DNA of 64,000 nt from Leucoraja erinacea (taxonomy: Eukaryota), in contig NC_073381.1 in the NCBI RefSeq assembly GCF_028641065.1, positions 17,608,001 to 17,672,000 of the forward strand. The letters are read 5' to 3'. Positions 1 through 10,118 of this stretch are shown piece by piece; the stretch's first letter is position 1; each line of letters starts with the position of its first letter. The translations under genes were made by a program, and so were the position numbers. The notes below the pieces were generated by a model that searched no databases, was not told the DNA's origin, and saw only the letters and a program-made list of their open reading frames with translations.

Positions 1-14
1 ACAAGGAGATCTCT

Positions 15-115
15 TGTGAGCGCATGCGTACTCGGGTGGGCGGGCGACTATGGCAGAAGCTGTTGTCAAGAGGGTAGGGCGGGGGTTGTGGTCACGGTCC
101 ACGGCGTCTTTCCCG
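15..115. promoter_or_regulatory. Edge of a probable CpG-type housekeeping promoter
   Basis: GCGCATGCGT (NRF1-like palindrome, 20-29), several GGGCGG boxes and local CpG enrichment at the window edge. The gene served is not visible. Confidence 0.4.
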
Positions 116-310
116 TAACTGTATAAAAACGACAACGAGAGGTTGTAGGTATTAGTGTGTTTTTTTTTTCTCCTTTTGAAATGTACCAAACAATTTTTTC
201 AGCCAACGAAGAACTTTTTCCAAAATGTCAAGATGCTGCAGATGCTCGGGTGGGTCAGTCTGTCCACACATGACACAGTGATGTGAAAAACTCATGTTCA
301 TGTTTCTGAA

Positions 311-406
311 GAGTCTGAAGAAGGATCTCGACCCGAAACGTCGCCTATTTCCTTCTCTCCATCGACGCTGCCTCACCCGCTGAGTTTCTCCAGCATTTTT
401 GTCTAC
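311..406 (+). mobile_element. Penelope-derived 96-bp insert with minimal hammerhead motif
   Basis: CTGAAGA-A-GGAT-CTCG-ACCC-GAAA-CGTC at 315-342; imperfect TSD CATGTTTC(T)GAA at 299-310 and 407-417. Confidence 0.6.
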
Positions 407-1075
407 CATGTTTCGAATGGTGAGTTAGCACCAGAGTTGGTTGTCAAGAAATAGTCAGTAGTGTTTTATTGTCGTATGTACAGAAACTGAACAATGATTT
501 TTTTTATTAAAGCAAGCAGTTCCATTCAAAGGCGTAAAAGAATTAAATAGGACAGACAAAGGAGTCAGTGGATGTTGTTGGCCTCGATTTTCAGAACGCC
601 TTTGACATAAGGTGTCACACATGAGGCTATTCAGGAAGATGATAGCCCATGGTATCAAAGGGCAGATACAAGCATGGTTAGCAGCTTGGCTGGATGGCAG
701 AAGATAAAGAGTGACAATAAAAGGGGATTTTTCTGGTTGGTTGCCAGTGACTAGCGGAGTTCCGCAAGGGTCGGTGCGGGGGGCGCTACTCTTCACGTTG
801 TATATTAATGATTTGAATGAGGGGATGGAAGGCTTTGTGGCCATGTTTGCGGATGATACGAAAATAGGTGGAAGGGCAGGTAGTGTAGAGAAAGCAAGGA
901 CTATGCAAAAGAACTTGGACTGGTTGGGGGAGTGGGCAGAGAAATGGTAGATGGAATATAGTGTAGTAAAGTGTGGACTGTGGAGTCATGCTTTTTGGTA
1001 GTAGGAATAAAGGTGTAGATTATTTTCTAAATGGGGAGATAATCCAGAAATCGGAGTTGCAAAAGGACTTGTGAG

Positions 1076-1111
1076 CATAGATTATAGATAGGAGCTCCTC
1101 TATAATCTTTG
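1076..1111. mobile_element. 36-bp hAT-like micro-MITE
   Basis: TIR CATAGATTATAGA / TCTATAATCTTTG (1 mismatch); perfect 8-bp TSD CTTGTGAG at 1068-1075 and 1112-1119. Confidence 0.65.
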
Positions 1112-1478
1112 CTTGTGAGTGCTGGTGCAGGATTCCCAAAAAGTTAATCTGTAAGTCGAATTGGTAGTAAAGAAGGCAAATGCAATGCTAGTATTTTTTT
1201 CAAGCGGGCAAGAATACAAAAACAGGATGTAATGCTGAGGCTCTATAAAATGCTGGTCAGGCTGCATTTTGGAGTATTGTGAACAATTTTGGGGAAATTG
1301 ATGTCAACATATCTGAGGAAGGATGTGCTGGACCCTAGAGAGGGTCCAGAGGAGGTATACAAGAATGATCCCAAGAATGAGTGGGTTAACATGTGATGAA
1401 CGTTTGATGACACTGGGCCTGTACTTGCTAGAGTTTAGAAGAATGAGGGAGGACCTCATTGAAATGTACTGAATTGTG

Positions 1479-2366
1479 GATTGTCACCTTGCCATGGTGG
1501 AGAACCTTGTGTGATCCTGAGAGCGATGCTGTCTGGAGCTATGCTTCTGGTAGGGCCTCACATGGCGATAAGGTCGAGGGGGAAGTCTCTGACAACCAGC
1601 AATCCGAACAAGACATCAACGGTGGAACAGGTGAAGGACGATGGCTGACTTTAGTGGTGTTAAAACGGCTGGGAAGGCGGATGAAGGCTGCAGTAGAAAA
1701 GGGTCTCCGGTCATCTTGGACTCCATGCCACCAGATCCTGACCCAAAACTGACAAGGACCGTGGGGTGGCTGCCTGTGCACCAGTCTCCCAACGTTAAAC
1801 AAATTCACGCACAGGCATCCTCCTAATAGCACCCTGGAGAGGTGAAGGAAAACACCAAATACAAACCTCCACTGCCTTGTGGCTATTACCTTATTCCGGA
1901 AAGTTGAAGACTGGATCTGGCGGAATACGCGGAGGAGACCACCTCCAACGGGTAGGAAGGGTGACCCAGCAAAGCATCGTGGAGCACAATTAGGGCACAA
2001 TGTTCACGTAGAACACTGGTGGCCATCCACTGCATCCTGACCTAACGCCTGCTGTCTTGATGATGTCTTGCCACCGGATCCAGATAGGCCGGGACGAGAG
2101 AGTGACGCAGATGATTTGCGCAACTCTTCCTCACTTTAATCCAAGTCAAGCGCAAGTCATGACTTCAGGACCAGTACTACCCAACTGGGCGAGGCAGGAT
2201 CACCATGGGAACGCGTGCAGCTGGGAGGAAGTCCCTGCACCCGCCCAGCTGTGTTCCATGTGCGGGCGAGCCTTCCGGGCCCGGATCGGTCTCACCGGTC
2301 ACCTCCGGATCCACAAACAAAAACACTGAAGTCATGGTCTTCTTCGACTATGAAGGACAAACAACA
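1479..2366 (+). mobile_element. Internally deleted RTE-clade retroposon (5' UTR fused to ORF C-terminus and 3' tail)
   Basis: 11-bp TSD ACTGAATTGTG (1468-1478, 2367-2377); Rex3/Expander-like 5' UTR; C2H2 end CSMCGRAFRARIGLTGHLRIH; (CAA)n tail. Confidence 0.65.
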
Positions 2367-2485
2367 ACTGAATTGTGAAAGGCTTGGGATAGAGTGGATG
2401 TGGAGAGGATGTTTCCACTCGAGGGAGGGTCTAGGATTAGAGGTCAGAGCCTCAGATTTAAAGGACATGCCTTTAGGAATGAGAT

Positions 2486-3012
2486 TTTTTATTTTATTTA
2501 TTATTTATTACCTTTATTTAACCAGGAGAAGTCTCATTGCGATTAAAAATCTCTTTTACAAGAGAGTCCTGGTCAAGACAGGCAGCAGCACAGTTCCACA
2601 GTTACAGACAATAATTTAAAAACAACAGAGAACATATAAATAGAGTCACAGTTAGAACATCATCAAACAAAGCATGTACAGACAGAAGAGCCTGCTTCAA
2701 CATCATTAAGAAGGGATTTAAATCTGTTTATAGAAACCAGCTCCTTAAGTTTCAGTTCATTCTGCAGCTGGTTCCATGCGAAGGGAGCAGCATAACTAAA
2801 TGCCCTTTTCCCCAGTTCAGTACGGACTTTAGGTACAGTTAGTAAGAACAAGTCCTCAGAGCGGAGCTGATAAGTTTCCTGTGCTTTTTCGAATTGCATA
2901 CTTCTGCAGGTATGAAGGAAGAACACCGAGGATAGTCTTATAAATAAGGATATGCCAATGATGGAGTTTGCGGGTGGACAGGGCAAACCATCCAACTTGA
3001 GCATACAAAGAG
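2486..3012 (-). mobile_element. L2-type LINE 3' fragment
   Basis: ORF 2663-3094 contains TYQLRS...VPKVRTELGKRAFSYAAPFAWNQLQ, typical of an L2 ORF2 C-terminus; A-rich (AATAA)n tail near 2486-2520. Confidence 0.7.
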
Positions 3013-3172
3013 CAGAGATGAGGAGGAATTTATTTCGTAAGAGGGTGGTGAATCTGTGCAAGTCATTGCCACTGAAGGCTGTGGGGGCCGGCAATGGATA
3101 TTTTAAAGGCAGATATAGATAGATTCTTGATTAATACGGGTGTCAGGGGTTATGGGGACAAGGCTGGAGTAT

Positions 3173-3290
3173 GTGTAGAAAGGAACTGCAGATGCCTTTT
3201 TTAAATCGACTGTAGACACAAAATGCTGGAGTAATTCAGCAGGACAGGCATGATTGGGTGACGTTTTGGGTCGAGAGCCATCTTCAGACA
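3173..3290 (-). mobile_element. Penelope-derived fragment with degenerate hammerhead motif
   Basis: Minus strand reads TCTGAAGATGGCTCTCGACCCAAAACGTCACCC, with GAAA mutated; same AGGAACTGCAGATGC end as the other copies. Confidence 0.55.
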
Positions 3291-4094
3291 TACGGTTGGG
3301 GGGGGGAGATAGAGATAGATCAGCCATGATTGAATGGTGGAGTAGACTTGATGGGCTGAATGTTCTAATTCTTCTCCTATCACTTATGACCTTATCAGAT
3401 GAGGCAGTGTGAATGGGTGATTGATTGACTGGTGGCCACAGGTACAACTTATGTTAAGATGTAAGAGATGATAAATTTGAGGAGGGTAAATTGGTGAAAG
3501 AAATACACATTAAATGGTAGGGTGCAGATAAATTTAGAGCCGAAGGAAAAAATAAACAAACTGCTGGAGGAACACAACGGGTCAGGTAGCAGCTGTAGCT
3601 GCTGCCTCCCTTGCCGAATTTCTCCCGCAGATTGTTTTTTGCTCAAGATTCCTGCATCTTCAGTGTCGTGTGTCTCCCAGAGTAGAAGAACCTGGGAGAG
3701 ATGTTTAATGATCACAGCTGTTCCCCGTGTTCTTCTGAAGAAGTTGGTTACTTCTTCCAGGCTTGGCCTGTTTTTTTGGCACTAAAGTCATACTAGGCCA
3801 AAGTGAGAAAATATTTTTGCATATACTTATGTGCTCGCACTTCATTGAAAACTTGCAACGTCCACCATGATTCCCAGAAAGCCCTTTGGCTGTTTAAATT
3901 GGGGAAGGATCACACGGGATATTATTGAGAAACTTCAGTATGTGTGTTGGGACGACTCGGAAGCCTTGCATGTGGCAAAGGAAGTGCACCGTCTTACAAA
4001 CTATCTTCCTGCCCATCTGGCAGGCACCTCCTGCCTCATCTATGTAAGAAACTGCAGCTCCCACATTGCTCTCATCACCCTCTTCAAAACCCAC

Positions 4095-4594
4095 ACCCTC
4101 CGGAGGGCCTCCGGTGGGGCCTGGGGCCTTGCGAGTCGACGAAGCCCACGGCCAATGGGTCTGTTGAGAAGCGGCTGAGGCGTGGTTCGGCGCCACAGAG
4201 ACGTCTGGAGAGGACCCGGCAGCGACAGTGGAGAGGTCGACGATGGCACCGATGGATAGACGAGAACAGCCCATGTGGAAGTGAGGACGGAGTTGCCGGG
4301 GGAAGGAACAAAGGAGGACCCGGCATGGGAGGACCACTGCGAGGGAGAGGGAAGAACAATAGGGACCCCGCATGGGGGGGGGACTACCGTGAGGGAGGGG
4401 GAACACTGGACAATGGAGGACCCGGCCTGTGGAGTCTGCCATGAGGGAGGAGGAGGGTGGAAAGAACAAAGGTGGACCTGCCGCAGGGGTACATTGTAAC
4501 TGCCCTTTATGGGCTGCCCTTTATGGGTGACTATGGGCAACAAGCAAAGAATTTCACTGTGACTTGTCACATGTGACAATACAGCATTCATTCA
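4095..4594 (+). mobile_element. Unclassified GC-rich non-autonomous retroposon with Rex/L2-type tail
   Basis: Ends AATTTCACTGTGACTTGTCACATGTGACAAT followed by (ATTC)n. Confidence 0.4.
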
Positions 4595-5451
4595 ACTGGA
4601 GCAGAAACAAATCATCCACGATCCTGAAGGGCTGCCCAAAGTGGATAATGTTGGATCACTTGAATATTGCCAGAAACACTCAGCAAGTCAGGTAGCATCT
4701 ATGGAAATAGAAACGGTTAATGCTTCAAGTCAAAGATCCTTTTTCAAGCTGGAAAGAAGAGTTAGTTTTAAGTTGCAGAGAGATGGAGAGAACATGGTTA
4801 ATATTTCTAATATGTTCAGGCCAGGATTGGCATGGGGATAAGTTGTCAAGGTGATCTGCTACACATACTTATAGAATGATTTATTTTCATTTTCAGATCC
4901 TGACGCTTGAAGGAATAAACATTATCAAGAGCATGATGTCGGAGAAATTGGAAAAGAAAGACATGGTTTAAATCACTTGCAAAAATGGAGCTGGCAGCAT
5001 TGGTTGTATTTGACCCAGTTTAAAATAAAATAAAAAATTTTAGGATAGTTGATGGTTTAGGACTGACGCCCGGTCCACTCCTGGCTCCGGGCCGGGGTTA
5101 AAACTCCATGTGATCTGGACAGAGCGGCCGACGGACACAGAGCCACCGGAGGTGAGGGTGGGAGGTGTGCTGGGTGGGTGGGGGGGTGCTGGGACCACCG
5201 CCGTGTTTCACCTATCACACCATCTGCACAGGAATGTGAATGCGGGTGAGGCAGCATCTATAGAGCAGTAGACAAAAATGCTGGAGAAATGCTTGAGTCT
5301 GAAGTGTGCGATGGGCTCAAGCCAATCTAGTTGCTCGTTCTTTATGGGAAACCCGCTGACAGAAAACTATTCTATTGGTGAGTGTGGAGGAGTGTTAATT
5401 TATTTATTTATGTATATATATATTTTTTGAGCGTGAGGACTGCTGTCATCA

Positions 5452-5598
5452 GGGTGACTGCCAATCACCACCCCCCCCCCCCCCTATTATTTATTCAAAT
5501 CGTTTGCTATGTCGCTCTTCAATGGAGATGCTAAATGCATTTCATTGTCTCTGTACTGTACACTGACAATGACAATTAAAATTGAATCTGAATCTGAG
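5452..5598 (+). mobile_element. Rex1/Babar 3' UTR fragment
   Basis: Near-identical to 41010-41170; (GAATCT)n tail. Confidence 0.65.
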
Positions 5599-5797
5599 TG
5601 TGTGCGAATTTCGTCAAATGCGTGAGTCTCACGCTCCATGCATGAGAGTAGGCAGCCCTGGCATTTTTACCCTGCTAGGCTCTTGTGCATCCACGATAGC
5701 TTTTGCCCTACAATTGGCACTGTGTTCTCAGCTATCTCTGCTCTATTCCTTCTTAAATCTAGCAGATTCTTTATCTCCTTTTAAGACATCTTTTCAA

Positions 5798-6350
5798 TAT
5801 ATGTTTCAAAATAATCTATTTAATTACGGGTTAATAACGGGAAAAAAGCTTATACTTAAATTCTGGAAAAACGCTCCTATACCAACAATAAATATGTGGA
5901 TTTCAAATATGTTTGAAACATTACACCTGGAAGATATGGGACTCCTCCTTGCAGGCAAATCAGACCACTTCCAAAAGGCGTGGTCTGCATTTATCGACTT
6001 ACTACAAGTATAAGGTGCAATAGTACTTTAAAAAAGAAATGATGTCAGGATCTGGCAAGGGGGGATGAAAAATACGAAGTTGGTATATCCCTTTTTGCGC
6101 AGTTTTCATAATAGAGCTTTTGTTTCTTTTTCTTTCTTTCTTAACCTTTTCCCCTAACGCTTTGTTTAATAGGTTTTTCTTTTTGATCACTCTTTCACAT
6201 TATCACGACTCTCTCACTTTCTTTACTTCCTTTATTTCTCTCTTTAAAGCTTAAAAAATGAAGGGGTACAATAAATGTAATAAGATATATCTGGCTTGTA
6301 CTATTGTAATGTACTGTACTTCTAATAAATAAAATTATTTAAAAAAAAAT
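5798..6350 (+). mobile_element. 5'-truncated L1/Tx1-type LINE
   Basis: KKLILKFWK...W...AWSAFID ORF2 C-terminus; AATAAA plus poly-A; 12-bp TSD ACATCTTTTCAA (5786-5797, 6351-6362). Confidence 0.75.
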
Positions 6351-7767
6351 ACATCTTTTCAACCTTTCATTACTGACCAATTGTGATGGTGAAATTTTAT
6401 TTATGGTCTTAGGAAGTATCTAGGAAAATTGTATGAGGTTTGAACAGGTGTTGCTATTCATGTAGCTCTCATCCAAGGCTTGGTTGATACTGGAATCACA
6501 TTTCTTTTTCATTCTGGTACTGAAGATACCCAGCAGCCAGCACACATCTATAGATCTTCTGCCTTCACAGACAAGTGTATTTCTTTTGTCCCAATCATAT
6601 GACCTCAGAGCAATATTCTCCATTATTAAAACAGCTACCAAACATTCCCAAGAAACATTTTTTGTATTATTAAGCCTTAAACTCAATATGTCATTTTGTT
6701 ATTGTGGGGATAATATTTAATGGAGGGAAGACTGGTAGATTCTGTTGTTTAATTGGAGGTGGTCACTGCTTTTCTCTCTTCCAATATTCCCCTGCCTCCT
6801 CCCAATCCAGGCAGTCACAGGCGTGCAGTTGCCTGATTCTTTCTGGAGTTGTGTTCTTGTCGTGGGCCAAATGAAAAGTTTCATCTGTGGTGTATCTAGA
6901 AAAAGTTAAAGATGCTCGTGGCCTTGCTGGAGATGTTAAATTTGGCAACGAGTCAACATCATTACCTTCCATACAAATGGGGTCATTATTATTCATGAAC
7001 ATTTCATTTGCTGTAACTTTTCTGCAAAGGCATTCTTAGTACCCTATCAGGTCCAGGAATCTAGTTTCAAACTCAACACCGTACCCACGAAAGGCAATAA
7101 ATACAGCCATTTCTCTCTTCTAATTTATTGATGACCACTGATCTGATTATAGTCAAGGCTGAATACCATTGTAGGCATATGTCCATTTCTGAACTTGGTA
7201 CTTCTTGGAAATCCAAATATACTTCATCCACCAACACCCTTTATCGCCCTGGTTGCATCTACAGAGAATGAGTTGAACATTTTTTCTCATTGGTACAATT
7301 GTGATGACAACCTAATCAAATTATGACTTTCAAAACACTCAGTTATTCCTTCCATAAAAATAAACTCCAGCATTTTACTGACAACTGAAATAAGACTAAC
7401 TCTCCTGTAGTTTCTTTTTCCCTGTTTCCTATCTTGTGTAATAAGTAATAACATGTGTTATTTTCCAATTTGTTGACTATCTTGCCCAGAGAATTTACTG
7501 GATTTTAAATGCCATAGATTTTCTAGAAAACTTTCTCTTCTGATACATTTTCTATTCATTCTTTCGCATTGGCTATGTTCTATCTTACACTTTTAGTTTA
7601 TTTTACTGTTAAGAAAAATGTATTGTTTAACATCCCGAGGGATACTAGAAACACAGCGATGTTGACCTACTGAGTATTTCCAGCATTCTTAATTTGTTTG
7701 CCACAATAGGACAACTTTTCCATGAGATCTATATTTTTCAATGCAATCAGTAGAGTAATTTTAAATG

Positions 7768-7955
7768 TTTAAGAAGGAACTGCAGATGCTGGAAAATCGA
7801 AAGTACACAAAAATGCTGGAGAAACTCAGCGGGTGCAGCAGCATCTATGGAGCGAAGGAAATGGGCAACGTTTCGGGCCAAAACGTTGCATATTTCCTTC
7901 GCTCCATAGATGTTGCTGCACCCGCTGAGCTTCTCCAGCATTTTTGTGTACCTTC
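7768..7955. mobile_element. Penelope-derived foldback insertion
   Basis: Long inverted arms around AACGTTTCGGGCCAAAACGTT; 15-bp TSD GAGTAATTTTAAATG (7753-7767, 7956-7970). Confidence 0.7.
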
Positions 7956-8292
7956 GAGTAATTTTAAATGCGTGTTTTCTCTATGATTTAATGTAATTTT
8001 CAAATCTACTGTAGACAATTAGTACCTCGACCCTTTGTAATTTCAATAACCTGCATTTAAGACTCTAGTCTTGTACTTAGAATTTATTATTTTGTGCGAG
8101 ACAAGCTATCGCTGCAACTCCCCCCTAATACCCGAGGACAATTTATTATGGGGTTATTACTTAATTCTGTCCAAGTAGATGTGACCAGACCTGAAATCTA
8201 ATTGCACAAAGTTTTGTTTCAGAAAAATCGTCTCAAATGCACACTTTGATCTTGTCCTCGAGACCAAAAAAAGACAAGTTTCATGTAACAAG

Positions 8293-8298
8293 TTTATT
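8293..8298 (-). terminator. Candidate HEATR5B polyadenylation signal
   Basis: Minus-strand AATAAA followed by a GT/T-rich tract. Alternatives at 8407-8412, 8510-8515 and 8917-8922. Confidence 0.3.
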
Positions 8299-9053
8299 TG
8301 AAGATCAATAAAATTAAGGATGACACTTTCTATGCCTTAATATTTAACATTATTTTATAAATGCATGTCATTATTATATATGGTTTTTGAAAGTTGGTTC
8401 CTATCCTTTATTCACATTAATGGTCAGCTAAGCATGAAGTATTAAACATCATAGAAGTATATTTGGTTCAGCCAGGTTACTGATACTCTGGGAAGTTGCA
8501 TTGACTGCATTTATTGCTTTGGATTTTGGGGATGGGTTACTTAAATATCTTCAATAGAGGCATTCAATGGATAAAAATGACAATTTAATGGATAAACAAA
8601 GTGTTTATGGTGAAATCTAGCATTGTTTAATTTTTCAAATTTTCAACTATTTTAGAAATTAGAAAATTTCAGTTATTGTCAGGAACAGAATAAAATCATA
8701 TAACAACAGCATGCCAGGAATTCATGGCAAATCTTTGAAGTAATCATGATTTTTACAAGAGTTTTTCCAAAGACCCAGATAATTTAAAGATTCGCGAAGA
8801 TCAACATTTATAGAGGAAGACTCATCACCATAAATGTGGAAAATAAATTACATGATATTCTAAAACTTGTGACATAAGAGTGATTCCTATACACAGTTTT
8901 GACAATAAATTCAATATTTATTTTTTTGAACAATTTACATTCCTAACATAAACCATAAACCTGTACATAAGACACCGAGGGAGCCAATTCACAGCAGGAA
9001 TGGGAAGGCGGAACAGTTCAATGGATTTAAGTCAGTTGCACGATCTCCACCTT

Positions 9054-9361
9054 TCAGAAGAAGCTTGTTTTCAGTTTGATGGTGGGTGCAGCTTGCAGGG
9101 CTGGCTTCACTTGTTGGGCTGCAGCCTTGGCTTGGCTGCTCGCCTGGCTGGCACGGATTGCTGCCTCTAGTTTTGATTTGAGTTCAGGGGCAGCCCCCAT
9201 CACTGCCTTGAAAGCACCCGGATAGAGGGGGCCGATGCGCATTAGATCCTGCAGTGCGAGTTCGTGCAGACTCATGGAGGCTGTTGGAGCCGAGCTGTAC
9301 GTCTGCTCGCTCAGCAGATACGAGATAAGAGTGGGAACCAATAGAACAAGCAGCTGTGGTC
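9054..9361 (-). CDS. HEATR5B: HEATR5B last coding exon
   Basis: [16 protein letters not shown]...[11 protein letters not shown], the HEATR5B C-terminus; AG acceptor at 9363-9362; phase matches the upstream exon. Confidence 0.95.
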
Positions 9362-9448
9362 CTTAGGTGGAAGAGAAAGCTTTCATTAGAACAATATTCC
9401 TGAACTAACATATACTCGAGCTAGTCTTCTTCTTGCGTATGGCGTGTG

Positions 9449-9979
9449 CAGGGGTGGAAAATCCAGGGGGGCCAGAGGGGGGACGTCCCCCCTATGTTTT
9501 GAGAGGTGGGGGACATCCCCCCCCAAGTTTTTGTGATCCCGAATTTAATATCTGCTTTCCGCGAGGCAGTGGGGGTGGGACTGCGATGATTGGAGGAGGG
9601 AGACGTGGCACAGACCTGCGCCTCATCCGCAGGCAGGATCGATCCCGGCCAGCTCTCCGGCGCTGTCCCGAGTGCCCCACTCCTCACGGGTGGCCAGAGC
9701 AGACAGACGCGAGCTGTGCCTCCAGGCCCACAGCTAGCGCAGTGAAACAGCACTAAACCCAGCTCAACTCTGCCTGTCCCGCCAGGTTACCCTGCCTGGG
9801 CTTGCGGGAAATATGGCCAGCGTGGAGAAGCAACGCTGGTGTCCCGTCAGTCCAGTCAGGGCTGAAGTTAACCCGGCGAGACAGGCAGTTGAGCTGCATT
9901 TGGCGCTCGATTGAGCCTCCGCCGCCAAAAAATTGTGTCCCCCGTCCCCTCCATGTTTTGATAGCGAGTTCCGCTCTTG
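9449..9979. mobile_element. hAT-like MITE nested in the Vingi-like element
   Basis: Imperfect TIR CAGGGGTGGAA / TTCCGCTCTTG; subterminal GGGGAC/GTCCCC repeats; duplicated GCGTG at both flanks. Confidence 0.5.
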
Positions 9980-10047
9980 GCGTGCACAGCCTAAAGTTGT
10001 AGGACAACTTGATCTATTTGATCTTATTTGATTGTGCACACCAGGTT

Positions 10048-10101
10048 GATCGCATTTGTCAAAACAGGGCAGACCACGTGAAGGTTGCAATCTCCTGTCC
10101 C
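10048..10101 (-). ncRNA. HDV-like self-cleaving ribozyme fold
   Basis: P1 GGGACAG/CTGCCCT (G1-U wobble, one A-C mismatch), P2 GATTGCA/TGCGATC, P3 ACC/GGT, L3 TTCACGT, minimal P4, J4/2 CAAA. Confidence 0.7.
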
Positions 10102-10118
10102 CCTTGAGCTAGTTTATA

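Larger units (their letters stand above)
545..3390 (+). mobile_element. Degraded CR1 LINE (RT region to 3' tail) split by four younger insertions
   Basis: SGVPQGSV and FADDTK RT motifs (ORF 711-950). The CR1 sequence resumes at 2378 and 3013 and ends in the GATCAGCCATGAT tail. Confidence 0.8.
9426..10103 (-). mobile_element. Vingi-like short non-autonomous retroposon, interrupted by a MITE
   Basis: 5' GGGGGAC start; 3' ...GCCATACGCAAGAAGAAG tail; 10-bp TSD TCGAGCTAGT/TTGAGCTAGT (9416-9425, 10104-10113). Confidence 0.65.

Noticed and set aside
3867-4591. Cluster of overlapping 90-190 aa ORFs
   Set aside because: GC-rich repeat body lacking stops by composition; no recognisable domain.
4875-5010. 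Strong plus-strand acceptor (TTTTCATTTTCAG) followed by an exon-like stretch
   Set aside because: All three frames hit stops, and I found no convincing donor or partner exon.
6412-7330. Non-repetitive stretch with short ORFs, possibly a pseudogene
   Set aside because: No frame gave a protein I recognise. A TBLASTX search would be needed to settle it.
9421-10090. Several 60-110 aa ORFs on both strands
   Set aside because: They lie inside the GC-rich MITE and retroposon and are spurious.
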